From: Nannocystales bacterium
Lineage (GTDB): Bacteria; Myxococcota_A; Polyangia; Nannocystales; Nannocystaceae
DNA: 64,000 nucleotides
Direction of reading: 5' to 3'
Assembly (NCBI GenBank): GCA_050633305.1
Contig: JBOEGF010000004.1
Span: 224,001 to 288,000, forward strand
Positions 27,454-38,000 of this stretch are shown one piece after another. The position numbers were made by a program, and so were the translations under genes. Position 1 is the stretch's first letter. Every line of letters begins with the position of its first letter. Under the pieces are notes generated by a model that was not told the origin of the DNA, ran no database searches, and saw only the letters and a list, made by a program, of their open reading frames with translations.

Positions 27454-28857
27454 ATGGACACCCCGTCCGTAGCGCCCAAAACCCTCGCGAAACGCGAATC
27501 TGCTTTGGCAGAGCCCGCCGCCGCCGACGTGGCTGGTGTCGGAGAAATCGGAGGGTGGGGCCGGGTGATGCAGCCCGGGCGCGAGGTGCGGGACGAGAAT
27601 CTCGAGCGTCTCACGCGGGACGCGGTGCTGTGCCGCGGGTTGGGGCGGTCGTATGGCGATTCGTCTCTGCCCCCGCCGGGCGTGTCGGATGTGGCCGGCA
27701 CAACGCTGGCCGACCGGGTGCTCTCCTTCGACCCCCAGACCCTTTCGCTCCGGGCCGAGGCAGGTCTGTCCTTGCGCGAACTCCTGCGGGTGTTCTTCCC
27801 CAGAGGCTATTTCGTGCCGGTCACCCCCGGCACCACCTTCGTCACGCTTGGCGGCATGGTGGCCTCGGACGTTCACGGCAAGAACCACCACTGCGCGGGA
27901 ACCTTTGGCGAGCATGTGACGGCCCTCAAGATGCGGGTCGCCGACGGGAGCATCATCGAGTGCACACCCGAGGTCCACGCGGACCTCTTCTGGGCGACCG
28001 TCGGGGGGATGGGCCTCACCGGGCACATCCTTGAGGTCGAGTTCAACATGGTGAAGGTCCCCTCGCCGTGGATCTACATGGAGAGTGAGCGCGTCCCCAA
28101 CATCGACGCCTACATGACAGGGCTCGCGGAAGCTGCACAGCAGTGGCCGATGACCATGGGGTGGATCGATTGCCTGTCTTCGGGGGATAACCTCGGACGC
28201 GGCATCCTCATGCGAGGACGGTGGGCAACGCCGCAGGAGGCTCCCGGCTCGTTCCCAGAGCCGAAGAAGCGCCCCGGCGTTCCGTTTGTGTTTCCACAGT
28301 TCGCCCTCAATCCGCTGAGCGTCAAGCTGTTCAACGAAGCGTTCTACCGCAAGCACTTGCGCAAACAGGCGTCGGGTATCACCCACCCCGAGGCGTTCTT
28401 CTGGCCTCTCGACGCGATCCTCGACTGGAACAGAATCTACGGTCCGAAGGGGTTCACGCAGTACCAATGCGTCCTTCCAAAATCGGCGGGTCCGCAGGCC
28501 GCCAGGCGTTTTCTCGAGCTGCTCAGCACACTCGGCGGCGCCTCGTTTCTGTGTGTGATCAAAGATTGTGGCGCCGAGGGGAGGGGGCTGCTCTCGTTCC
28601 CGATGGACGGCATCTCGATCGCGCTGGACATTCCCGTGCGTGACGACACCCAGCAGCTCGTCGACAAGCTCAACGAGCATGTCATCGACGACGGTGGTCG
28701 CATCTACCTGACCAAGGATAACTACACGCGGCCCGAACACTTCGCGGCGATGGAACCCCGCCTCGAGTCGTTCATGGAGGTCCGCAAGCGCTGGGATCCC
28801 AAGCTCCGCTTTCGTAGCGCGCAGTCGGTGCGGATCTTCGGCGACCCCCGGTCCTAG
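27454..28857 (+). CDS. DprE1-like FAD-dependent polyprenylphosphoryl-ribose oxidase
   Basis: RGLGRSYGD, PVTPGT, DVHGKNHH, TVGGMGLTG, GGRIYLTKD. Confidence 0.88.
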   Translation: MDTPSVAPKTLAKRESALAEPAAADVAGVGEIGGWGRVMQPGREVRDENLERLTRDAVLCRGLGRSYGDSSLPPPGVSDVAGTTLADRVLSFDPQTLSLRAEAGLSLRELLRVFFPRGYFVPVTPGTTFVTLGGMVASDVHGKNHHCAGTFGEHVTALKMRVADGSIIECTPEVHADLFWATVGGMGLTGHILEVEFNMVKVPSPWIYMESERVPNIDAYMTGLAEAAQQWPMTMGWIDCLSSGDNLGRGILMRGRWATPQEAPGSFPEPKKRPGVPFVFPQFALNPLSVKLFNEAFYRKHLRKQASGITHPEAFFWPLDAILDWNRIYGPKGFTQYQCVLPKSAGPQAARRFLELLSTLGGASFLCVIKDCGAEGRGLLSFPMDGISIALDIPVRDDTQQLVDKLNEHVIDDGGRIYLTKDNYTRPEHFAAMEPRLESFMEVRKRWDPKLRFRSAQSVRIFGDPRS

Positions 28858-28911
28858 GCGGGTCTCCTGTCGGGTGGGCTGACTGCCGCCATTGCCGTAT
28901 GCTGCGCGCCG

Positions 28912-29652
28912 ATGAAGGCCGTCATCCTCGGAGGAACGAAGGGCATGGGGCGTGCGCTCGCCCGACAATCTGCGGGACGCGGCGATGCGGTGTTTCTGCT
29001 CGGCCGAAACGAAGCCGACCTGGAGCGGTCCGCGTCCGACTGCTCAGCCCACAGTCCGGACTCGAAAGCCGTCGGGCATGCCGTCTGCAACCTCGAGGAC
29101 CCCGAGACCTTTGAGGCCGCACTCGACGCCGCGGACGAAGCGCTGGATGGGTTCGATACGGTGATCGTCACCGCGGGGATGTTCGGAACCCAGGAACAGC
29201 TCGAGGCGGATGCCGGCCGATTGCAGGCCTTGCTGACGGTCAATTTCGCCCACACGATTCTGTTCTGCGAGGCGGCGCGAGCTCGCCTCATGGAACGCGG
29301 TGGAGGAGTGCTGTGCGTGTTTTCCTCGGTCGCCGGCGATCGCGGCCGCAAGCCTGTGGTGCTCTACGGAGCCAGCAAGGCGGGGCTGTCGGCCTATCTC
29401 GAAGGACTGGACCACCGCTACCGTGACGCTGGGCTCGTGACGGTTTGCGTGAAGCCAGGGTTCGTTCGTACAGGGATGACCGAGGGTCTCAAGCCCCCAC
29501 CGTTTGCAGGCGAGCCGGGGGCCGTGGCCGCCCGGGTTCTTGGCGCGATCGACCGAAAGCGACCGCAGGTCTACGCGCCTGCGATCTGGGCATGGGTGAT
29601 GTGGGTGATCCGGCTGATGCCCCGCTTCGTCATGCGCAAAGTTGGTTTCTGA
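28912..29652 (+). CDS. DprE2-like short-chain dehydrogenase/reductase
   Basis: GGTKGMG, SSVAGDRGR, YGASK, VKPGFVRTGMT; adjacent to the DprE1-like gene. Confidence 0.85.
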   Translation: MKAVILGGTKGMGRALARQSAGRGDAVFLLGRNEADLERSASDCSAHSPDSKAVGHAVCNLEDPETFEAALDAADEALDGFDTVIVTAGMFGTQEQLEADAGRLQALLTVNFAHTILFCEAARARLMERGGGVLCVFSSVAGDRGRKPVVLYGASKAGLSAYLEGLDHRYRDAGLVTVCVKPGFVRTGMTEGLKPPPFAGEPGAVAARVLGAIDRKRPQVYAPAIWAWVMWVIRLMPRFVMRKVGF

Positions 29653-32536
29653 TCGGGAGTTGAACGCCCGGGCCCAGACGGGCAAGATCGTTGCCTTGGC
29701 GGGGTCCGGAAGCGCGGAGTACGAGACGGAGTTCACCGACCCCGTCCGCGCGACGCGTGTCTACCCCGCGCCATCGCAAGGCGCCCCGACCGAAGCGGGC
29801 GACGTCCCCCAGCCCCGGGTGCTCCCCGAGAGTGGACCCAGTGGAGCCCCGAGCAAGGTCGGGCGGTACGTGGTGCTGGACGTGCTGGGCATGGGCGGGA
29901 TGGGGGTCGTCTGCACGGCGTACGATCCCAAACTCGATCGCAAGGTCGCGCTCAAGCTCCTGCGGAGACGGGTCGGCCGCACATCGTCGAAGAGCTCCAC
30001 TGGACGGGCTCGTCTGGTCCGCGAAGCACAGGCGCTCGCCAAGCTCTCGCACCCCAACATCGTCACCGTCCACGACGTCGACACGACCGAGGATGGACGC
30101 ATCTACATGGCGATGGAGTTCGTCCGCGGCCGAACGATCACGCAGTGGCTGTTCTCCGAGAAGCCCCACTGGAGAGAAATCCTCAGCATCTTCGAACATG
30201 CGGGCACGGGCCTGGCCGCAGCCCACCAAGCGAACATCACCCACCGCGACTTCAAGCCGGCGAACGTTCTGATCGGGGAGGACGGGCGGGTCAAGGTGTT
30301 GGACTTTGGACTCGCGAAGTCTGAGACCGGCCCGCTGAGCACCGACTCCGACGATGCTCGCAGCGAGCCTGGGTCGGGCGAAGACATCATGCAGGTCGTG
30401 CAGTCGACCGGCGACATGAAGCTGACGATGGCCGGGCGCATCGTCGGAACGCCCGCGTACATGGCCCCCGAGCAGCGTCGGGGTCGGACGACGGGCCCCG
30501 CGACCGACCAGTTCAGTTTCGCGGTCGCGCTGTACGAGGCGCTGTACGGCCGACTTCCGTTTCGCAGCGAATCCCACAGCCGGGATGCCGCACGGGGGCG
30601 GGTGATCGACCCGCCCAACGATACCGAGGTCCCCTCGTGGGTGTTTCGGGCGCTCAAGCGAGCCTTTGCGCCGCAGCCGAGCGACCGGTATCGCACGATG
30701 GAGGAACTCCTGGCTGCATTGCGGGCCGACCCTGCACGCCGCTTGCGGAGGCTGCTGCTGTGGACCGCGGGGGTCGTTGGCGTGGGCGGAGCAGGGGCGG
30801 GGGCGCTCATGGCCCTCGCGCCGGACGACGAGTTGTGCCGGAGCGCGCGTGACCGTCTGGGCGGGGTCTGGGACCCGGGGCGGCGGGCCGTCGTCGACGC
30901 GTCTCTTCGGGACACCGCGACCGCGTACGCGGCCTACACAGCGGACCGCGTCCTGGAGGACATCGATGCCTATGCTGATCGTTGGGCAGCGGCTCGCACA
31001 ACGGTCTGCGAGGCGACGTGGGTTCACCGGGAACAGTCCGAGAGCACCCTGGACGTTCGGATGGCGTGTCTCGACCAACGGCGCGGAGAGCTTCGTGCGC
31101 TGGTCAACGTGCTCGCCGATGCGGACGGCGACGTAGTGGAACGCGCGGTTTCAGCCGTCACGGCGCTGACCTCCCCGGTCAGTTGCGTCTCGGCCGAGCC
31201 CGGGGCGGCGAGCCAGCTGCCCGCAGATCCCGAGGCCCGGAGCGCCGTGCTCGCGGCCCAGGCCCAGACCGACGATGCTGAGGCGCTGTTGCGGGCCGGG
31301 CGATACTCCGTCGCGCAGGAGGTCGTCCGGGAAGCGGTGAGCTTCGCCGCTGCGACGCACCACGCACCGACGGTCGCTCGGACGACCTACGTCCAGGGCC
31401 GCGTCACGCAGATGCTTGGCGACTATGAAGCCGCGGGCGAGCGGTTCCGCGAGGCGGCGGAGGGCGCCGCAGCCGTCGGCGATCCGGCGCTCGAGGCCCG
31501 CGCACTCACGGCCTACGTCGGGGTGGCCGGTGTGCATTTGCACGACCCCGACCGTGCCCTGGGCATCGCAGTTGGTGCCAAGTTGGCGCTCCTGCGCGCC
31601 GGGACGCCACCCGAACTCGAGTCGCGGCTCGCCTTGCAACTGGGCGGGAGCGCTCTGCAGGCGCGAGAAGTCGCCGACGCGGTCGAGCACCTCCACAAGG
31701 CGCTTGAGGCTGCGGAGCGGGCCTATCCTCCCGGCGACATCCGCTTCGCCGATCTCCGGGTCACCCTGGGTATCGCGTTGGCCCAGCAGGGGAACTTCGT
31801 GGAGGCCGAGGGGTTCTTCCGCCGTGCGCTCGATCTCCGCGAGTCCGAGCAAGGCCCGATGCACCCCGACCTCGCCTTCGTCGCGCACAACCTCGCAAAC
31901 GTGCTTGCGTCGACCCCTGCAGGCTTGGCCGAGGCCATCGAACTCGCCGACCGGGCAATGAAGATCCGACGCGCGGTACTCGGCCCCGAGACCAAGGCCG
32001 TCGCAGACCTCTGGATGACCAAAGCCCGTCTGCACAAACAGGCGGGGGAGCCGGAGCGCGCCCTCACCGAGTATGCACGCGCGGCGGACATCTACCGGAA
32101 GCGCGGTGCGGACGTCGACCTTGGTGACGCTCTGACCAACCTCACCAATCTGCACATCGCGAACGAGGCATTCCACGACGCGCAGAGGGACGCACGGGAA
32201 GCCCTCTCCATGTTCAAGGGCTCGTCGATGCGGGCGATTCGTGGACGAGCTCGCGCCTCGCTTCGGTTGTGCATTTCGAGCCGCCGCCTGGACCCGGGCT
32301 CGCTCGCGGTCGGCGACGGTCCGATCGAACACTGCACGGACGCCGTAGCGCGGATGCAGGAGGCCGACCTCTCGACTCCGGAACTCTATCGGGCGCTCGA
32401 GGAGCTCGCGCTCGCACTCGAGGCTCGTGGAAACCGCGAGGAGGCCCTGCGTATCGCCCGGAAGGCCCTCACGGTCGCAAAAACCGACAAAGATCGAAGA
32501 GACGCGATCGAACTCCTCGATCGTCTCGTCCCGTAA
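29642..32536 (+). CDS. Hanks-type Ser/Thr protein kinase with TM segment, Cys-containing region and TPR repeats
   Basis: LGMGGMG, VALK, HRDFKPAN, DFG, GTPAYMAPE; C-terminal TPR-like helices (HPDLAFVAHNLA); start uncertain. Confidence 0.9.
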   Translation: MVSDRELNARAQTGKIVALAGSGSAEYETEFTDPVRATRVYPAPSQGAPTEAGDVPQPRVLPESGPSGAPSKVGRYVVLDVLGMGGMGVVCTAYDPKLDRKVALKLLRRRVGRTSSKSSTGRARLVREAQALAKLSHPNIVTVHDVDTTEDGRIYMAMEFVRGRTITQWLFSEKPHWREILSIFEHAGTGLAAAHQANITHRDFKPANVLIGEDGRVKVLDFGLAKSETGPLSTDSDDARSEPGSGEDIMQVVQSTGDMKLTMAGRIVGTPAYMAPEQRRGRTTGPATDQFSFAVALYEALYGRLPFRSESHSRDAARGRVIDPPNDTEVPSWVFRALKRAFAPQPSDRYRTMEELLAALRADPARRLRRLLLWTAGVVGVGGAGAGALMALAPDDELCRSARDRLGGVWDPGRRAVVDASLRDTATAYAAYTADRVLEDIDAYADRWAAARTTVCEATWVHREQSESTLDVRMACLDQRRGELRALVNVLADADGDVVERAVSAVTALTSPVSCVSAEPGAASQLPADPEARSAVLAAQAQTDDAEALLRAGRYSVAQEVVREAVSFAAATHHAPTVARTTYVQGRVTQMLGDYEAAGERFREAAEGAAAVGDPALEARALTAYVGVAGVHLHDPDRALGIAVGAKLALLRAGTPPELESRLALQLGGSALQAREVADAVEHLHKALEAAERAYPPGDIRFADLRVTLGIALAQQGNFVEAEGFFRRALDLRESEQGPMHPDLAFVAHNLANVLASTPAGLAEAIELADRAMKIRRAVLGPETKAVADLWMTKARLHKQAGEPERALTEYARAADIYRKRGADVDLGDALTNLTNLHIANEAFHDAQRDAREALSMFKGSSMRAIRGRARASLRLCISSRRLDPGSLAVGDGPIEHCTDAVARMQEADLSTPELYRALEELALALEARGNREEALRIARKALTVAKTDKDRRDAIELLDRLVP

Positions 32537-32624
32537 CCGGGCCACAGCCGAACGTGGCGGTGGTGGGTCCGGTCCGCGGGGGCAGCCGTTGTCGGCGTAC
32601 CCCGCGCGCAGCCGAGGTGAGAGT

Positions 32625-33266
32625 TCAGCCCGGAGGCGGCAGGGGCTGCTGGGCCGTGCCGCACTCGCCCTCATACAACGCAGCGATCAGCAGTTTCCGC
32701 ATTGGGTTCGCCTTGTGAATGTGGACGTTCGCGTGGGCGATCACATCGGCGGACCACCGAGGCCCATCAAACAGCACGTCACCGTAGAACTCGTACGCCA
32801 GTTGCTCGAGCAGGAGCTGCTGCCAGGCATTGGTGCCGGGTGCAGGCAACCCCTGCACATTGCCCCAGAATACGTAGCGACCCTGGGTGGCGGTCAGCAG
32901 GACGTCTCCGTCCAGTCCCTCGCGGAGCTTGTACATCCCGTCCTCGAAGTAGGCCGTGCACTGCAGGCTCCCCGTGGGGTCGAAGATCTGGTTCTCGGAG
33001 GTCGAGGCGACGAGTTCACCGCTGTGGTTGAAGACGTCCGAGCTGTCTCCGGACGACGGAATGTCCCAAACGATGACGTCGGGCAGCGAGTCATCCGACA
33101 ACTCGACGTCCCCGTTGCCTGGGTCGGTCGGTCGGAAGTTCCAGAAATCGACAACCTCGCCCGCAGCGCGTAACGACTGCCCCTCGTCGTCAAAGTCATC
33201 CCCCTGGGCACACCCCGCAAGCATGCATCCTACCGCCAAAGGCAGCCCTAGCTTCAATCCGCGCAC
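32625..33266 (-). CDS. Hypothetical lipoprotein
   Basis: Lipobox MLAGC; natural residue composition; fills the gap between genes. Confidence 0.7.
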   Translation of the reverse strand: MRGLKLGLPLAVGCMLAGCAQGDDFDDEGQSLRAAGEVVDFWNFRPTDPGNGDVELSDDSLPDVIVWDIPSSGDSSDVFNHSGELVASTSENQIFDPTGSLQCTAYFEDGMYKLREGLDGDVLLTATQGRYVFWGNVQGLPAPGTNAWQQLLLEQLAYEFYGDVLFDGPRWSADVIAHANVHIHKANPMRKLLIAALYEGECGTAQQPLPPPG

Positions 33267-33374
33267 ATTCTCAGGCTACCTAGATATCAACGCGATGACA
33301 CGGCCTTCCATGGGACGCGACTCAGTTTTGGGAGATATGACCAGACATGTCGAGCGCCGAACCTGTGGTGGGGG

Positions 33375-33830
33375 CTACTCGATAATCGTCCCGTCCCGGC
33401 AGTCGATGAGGAGGGTGACCGGCCCGTCGTTCAAGAGTCGGACATCCATGTGGGCCCCAAAACGCCCTGTCTGCACAGGAACGTCGAGTTGGCGCAGAAC
33501 GTCGCAGAAGAAGCCATAGAGCTGCTCGGCCCGAGGGGGATCTTCTGCGCGGTCGAAACCGGGGCGGCGACCCTTGCGAACGGACGCCGCGAGCGTGAAC
33601 TGAGAGACGACCAGCGCCTCGCCGTCGAGTTCCGCCAGGGACCGGTCCATGGGCCGCGTGCCCGGGAAGATTCGAAGTCCCGCGAGCTTTGTGGCGAGCA
33701 CCGTCGCGTCCCGTTCGGTGTCCCCCCGCTCGACCCCGAGCAGGATCACCACCCCCACGCCGATCGAGCCGACGACCTCGCCATCGACGGTGACCGAGCC
33801 CTCGCGGACCCGCTGAAGGACCGACCTCAT
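33375..33830 (-). CDS. dtd: D-aminoacyl-tRNA deacylase
   Basis: MRSVLQRV, VSQFTL, NDGPVT. Confidence 0.95.
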   Translation of the reverse strand: MRSVLQRVREGSVTVDGEVVGSIGVGVVILLGVERGDTERDATVLATKLAGLRIFPGTRPMDRSLAELDGEALVVSQFTLAASVRKGRRPGFDRAEDPPRAEQLYGFFCDVLRQLDVPVQTGRFGAHMDVRLLNDGPVTLLIDCRDGTIIE

Positions 33831-34921
33831 GAGCCGGCGGGGCTCTGGGATGGCGTCACAGCCGGCGGGGGTGCGCTGGCTGGCGATGCATCCTGCTCCT
33901 CCGCGGGTAGGGCCACGGGGGCCGGAGGCAAGGATGGGCTGAGCGCCTGCTCTCGCGCCAGGAATCCGGCGGTGTGCCGCACCGAGAAGACCTCAGAAGA
34001 TTTGATCGTGGTGCGGACCAGCAGTTCGCCGACCAGACCCACACCGATCAACTGAATTGCGGTGAGGGTGAGCAGGACGCCGAGCAACAGCAGGGGGCGG
34101 GTGCCGATCGCACCCCCGGCCAGCTTCACGATGGTCAGGTAGCTCAGGATCGAGACGCCGAAGAATCCGCTGACCATCCCCGGGATGCCGAAGAAGTGAA
34201 CCGGCCGGGTGCGGTAGCGGGTCACCATCAGGACGGTGAGCAGGTCGAGGATCCCGTCGAAGAACCGTTTTACGCCGTATTTGCTGACGCCGTGCTCCCG
34301 CGCGCGGTGATTGACCACCAGCTCTTCGACCCGGAAGCCTCGGTGTCCAGCAAGGACAGGCAGGAAGCGGTGGAAGCCGCCGTAGACGGACAGCTCCTGG
34401 ATGCACTCGCGACGGTACGCTTTGTAGCCGCAGTTGAAGTCGCGCAGCTGCACGCCGCTGAACTTCCGCACGACGGCGTTGAAAAGCTTGGATGGGGCGG
34501 TCTTGCCCAGTGGGTCGTGACGGCGCTGCTTCCATCCCGAGACCAGGTCAGCGCCGGCCTCGATGCGCTCCACGAACTCGGGGATCATGGCGGGGTCGTC
34601 CTGCAAGTCAGCGTCGAGCGTGAGCACGATGGCGCCGCGAGCCAGGTCGAACCCGGCGTTGAGGGCAGGGGACTTTCCGAAGTTGCGGCGGAAGTGAACC
34701 ACGCCGACCACGCCCGGGTTCTCGGACGCGATCTTGTCCAGAAGCTCGGTCGTGCCGTCGCTGCTACCGTCGTTAATGTAGAGGACCTCGTACGAACGCC
34801 CCGTCTGCGCAAGGCCCGCGGTGAGCTCTTTGTGCATCTGCGGGAGCGAGCCAACCTCGTTGTAGACGGGGATGACTGCTGTCAGCTCCGGATCCGCGCC
34901 AGCGGTGGGCGTCGTCGTCAT
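33827..34921 (-). CDS. GT2 polyprenol-phosphate glycosyltransferase (ArnC/GtrB/DPM1-like) with two C-terminal TM helices
   Basis: VIPVYNE, NDGSSDGT, RNFGKS, DADLQDDP, DFNCG; start ATG 34921. Confidence 0.9.
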   Translation of the reverse strand: MTTTPTAGADPELTAVIPVYNEVGSLPQMHKELTAGLAQTGRSYEVLYINDGSSDGTTELLDKIASENPGVVGVVHFRRNFGKSPALNAGFDLARGAIVLTLDADLQDDPAMIPEFVERIEAGADLVSGWKQRRHDPLGKTAPSKLFNAVVRKFSGVQLRDFNCGYKAYRRECIQELSVYGGFHRFLPVLAGHRGFRVEELVVNHRAREHGVSKYGVKRFFDGILDLLTVLMVTRYRTRPVHFFGIPGMVSGFFGVSILSYLTIVKLAGGAIGTRPLLLLGVLLTLTAIQLIGVGLVGELLVRTTIKSSEVFSVRHTAGFLAREQALSPSLPPAPVALPAEEQDASPASAPPPAVTPSQSPAGS

Positions 34922-35038
34922 AGCGGCGGAGGCTACCGCATCCACCGGCCCCGGGCAGCAGCCCCCAGCGCGCGCCGGGTCACAAAGGCCACCACACTCG
35001 CTTGGCGCGGCGTTTGCGTTTGTACCAAACTCGCCCGC

Positions 35039-38000
35039 GTGACCCTTCGCCGTCATCGGAGCATTCCGCGCGCTCTCGGGCTTGCCGCGATCCTGGTTTC
35101 CGCGTCCTCGCTCGCCGACGTGGAGGCCAGACCACTCCCTGGTCCGGTGGCGGCAGACGTCGACCTCGGTCCCAACCGCTGGGATCTGGAGCTGCAACGA
35201 CGCGTTGCCGCGCTGAAGAAGGTGCGGGGCAAAGACCCCGCCGCGATCGTTCCGCTGTTGGGGTTGCTCCCCGAGGTCCAGGGAGATGTTGATCCCCAAG
35301 CGCTGCAGCGTGCGCTCGCATCGGTCGCCGACTCTCGGAGTCGACACCCGCTGGTCCGCTCGTACGCGCGCTTTCTCCAGGCGAGGGTGCTGGAGTCTCG
35401 TGGCGATCTCGCCGGTGCGGCGGGGGCACTGCGCGATGAGGGCTACGTGGTCGGGTGGCAGATCGTCGGGCCCTTCGACAACAGCGGGCGCAAGGGGGAG
35501 AGCGCGGTGTACTCGCCCGAGACCGACGCGTTCGGGTCGACGCAGACCTTCACGGGAAAGCTCGCGGGGGAGCCACTGGCGTGGCGAGTCATCGACTACA
35601 CCGACGCGCCACGTGGCGGCTACGTGAGCTTCGACGACCGGCTACGGCCCAACACCGACGTGACCGGCTACGCCACCGCGTGGGTTCACGTCGACAAAGA
35701 CCAGGACGCCGCCGTCCATGTGGGGACGGGCGGCCCGTATGAAGTCTGGGTGGACGGCGATTCGGTCGGGGGGGCGAGCTCATACCGAGGCGCCCATCCC
35801 CTCCAGGAGACCCACGCCGCGCGGTTGCAGGCCGGCTGGAACCGGGTGTTGGTCAAGGTCAGCGCGCAGTCTGGCGCCTGGGGGTTCTTCTTGCGCTTGA
35901 GCGCCTCCGATGGCTCGCCGATCGCAGGGCTCCAGGCTTCGGCTGAAGCGCCGGCGGATTGGCGCCCGCGGGCAGGGGCTCGGCCGTCCGGGAAGACGCC
36001 GGCATCGCTTCGTACCGCCCTGGAGGCTCGCTTCGGCGAGGGGGCATCTGCACGCAAAGCCAAGCGTGAGGGCATGGCTTTGCTGGAGTTCTATCGCTCC
36101 GTGCATCCGTTCGATCGCGAGGACGAAACCGCGGTGGCGTTGTCCCGGCGGGTCGCCCAGGATGCACCGTCCTCACGCAGTCACTGGCTCCGCGCGTTGG
36201 TCGAGCGCGACCCGGGGGAGAGCCTCACGGCGTTGCGCAAGGGCATCGAGTTGGGGCGGGCCGAGGGACCTGCGAGCGCGTCCTTGCTGGCCCAGATGCT
36301 GCTCGAGCTGGGGTGGCGCCACCAGTCGATGGGGCTGCACAGCCGCTATCGCACCAACCTCGAAGAGGCCCATGCGGTCGCGCCCGGTGACCCGGTCGTG
36401 GAGCTGGCAATGGTGGACGAGGCCGCAACCGCGGGGTTCCGTTGGTGGTCGCTGAAGTGGCTGGCCGCGTTGGTCACGCGCAACCCACACGCGCAGCGCT
36501 TGCGCTTGGAGTACGCCTCGCGCCTCCACGCGGCGGGTCGCACGAAAGATGCGCTCGTGGTGTTGGGATCGTCCAACGCGACGTCCGACTTGGCCGGCGC
36601 CAGCATCGAGGTTCTGCTCGAATTGGGCGAGGCCGACGCTGCGGTCGCGCTGGCTCGCAAAGCCGCGGATGCGACACCTGGCCTCCCCGAGCGCCACGTG
36701 GCCGTGGCGCAGCTGGAGGAGTCGCGCGGGGATATCCACGCGGCACGTACCGCATGGGCCAAGGCTCTGGCGCTTGCCCCCCACGACGCGGACCTGCACG
36801 CTGCCCTGGGTCGATTGCTCATGCGCAACGATGACCTCTCGGCCGCCGCCGGCAGCCTGCGCCGCAGCCTCGATCTGCGACCCCAGCAGCCCGATGTCCG
36901 GGACCTGCTCGCCTCGCTCGACGCGACCGCGCCCAGCGATCTGTTCACCCGGTATGGGCTCGACCTTGGCGCAATCGCGAAGAAGACCGAGATCCCCGCG
37001 GCATGGAAGGGCAAGGACTCCGCAGTCCTGCATCACCGCATGGCCGTGAAAGTGCTTCCCAACGGCCTCACCGAGCGCCTCGACCACCGGGTGATCCGTG
37101 TCCTCGACGACCGCGGTGTTCGCTCGCAAGCCGTGCAGGGGCTGAGCTACGACCCCGCCGAGAGCATCGTCGAGGTTCGCCGCGCTCGCGTTCACCGAGA
37201 AGACGGCACCATCGAAGAACTGGGCGAGGTGAGCGTCGTGGCGCTCGCGTCCGCCGGCTACCGGATGTACTACGACCAACGCCAGATCCGCGTTGGGTTC
37301 GGCGGACTGAGGCCCGGCGACACGCTCGAGGTCGCGTTCCTACGCCGGGACGTCGCGGCGAAGAACATGTTCGACGAGTACTTCGGCGACCTGATGCCGC
37401 TGCAAGGAAGCGCGCCGATCGGCAAGGTCGAGTACATCCTGGAGGCGCCCTCGGACAAGCCGATCTACTTCAACCGCCCTGGGGTGAAGAAGAAGTCCAC
37501 GGACGACGGAGCGTCCACGCTGTATCGCTACACCGACAGCAACGTCGAGGCGATCACGCCCGAGGGCGGCATGCCGGGATGGGTCGAGATCGCGGACTTC
37601 TTGCACGCCAGCACGTACGAGACATGGAACGACGTCGGGGACTGGTACTGGGACTTGGTCCGCGAACAGCTGGTCGTCGATGACGCGATCCGCGGCGGTG
37701 TGAAGGAGGCGCTGGCGGGGCTGCCTGAGGACGCGACCGACCGACAGAAGGTCGATGCCATCTACACGTACGTGGTCCGCAACACCCGGTACGTCGGCCT
37801 CGAGTTCGGGATTCACGGGTACAAGCCCTACCGGACGACCGAGATCTTCAGCCGCCGCTTCGGTGACTGCAAGGATAAGGCGAGTCTGCTCAAGGTCATG
37901 CTCGAAGAGGTCGGCATCGAAGCCAACCTCGTGCTCGTGCGAACCCGCGACCAGGGCGTGATGCCCAAAGAGCCCGCTTCGCTGGCGGTGTTCAACCACG

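Noticed and set aside
33974..35038. N-terminal 355 aa of the 1606-aa ORF call
   Set aside because: Antisense to the GT2 gene; a credible signal peptide only begins at GTG 35039.
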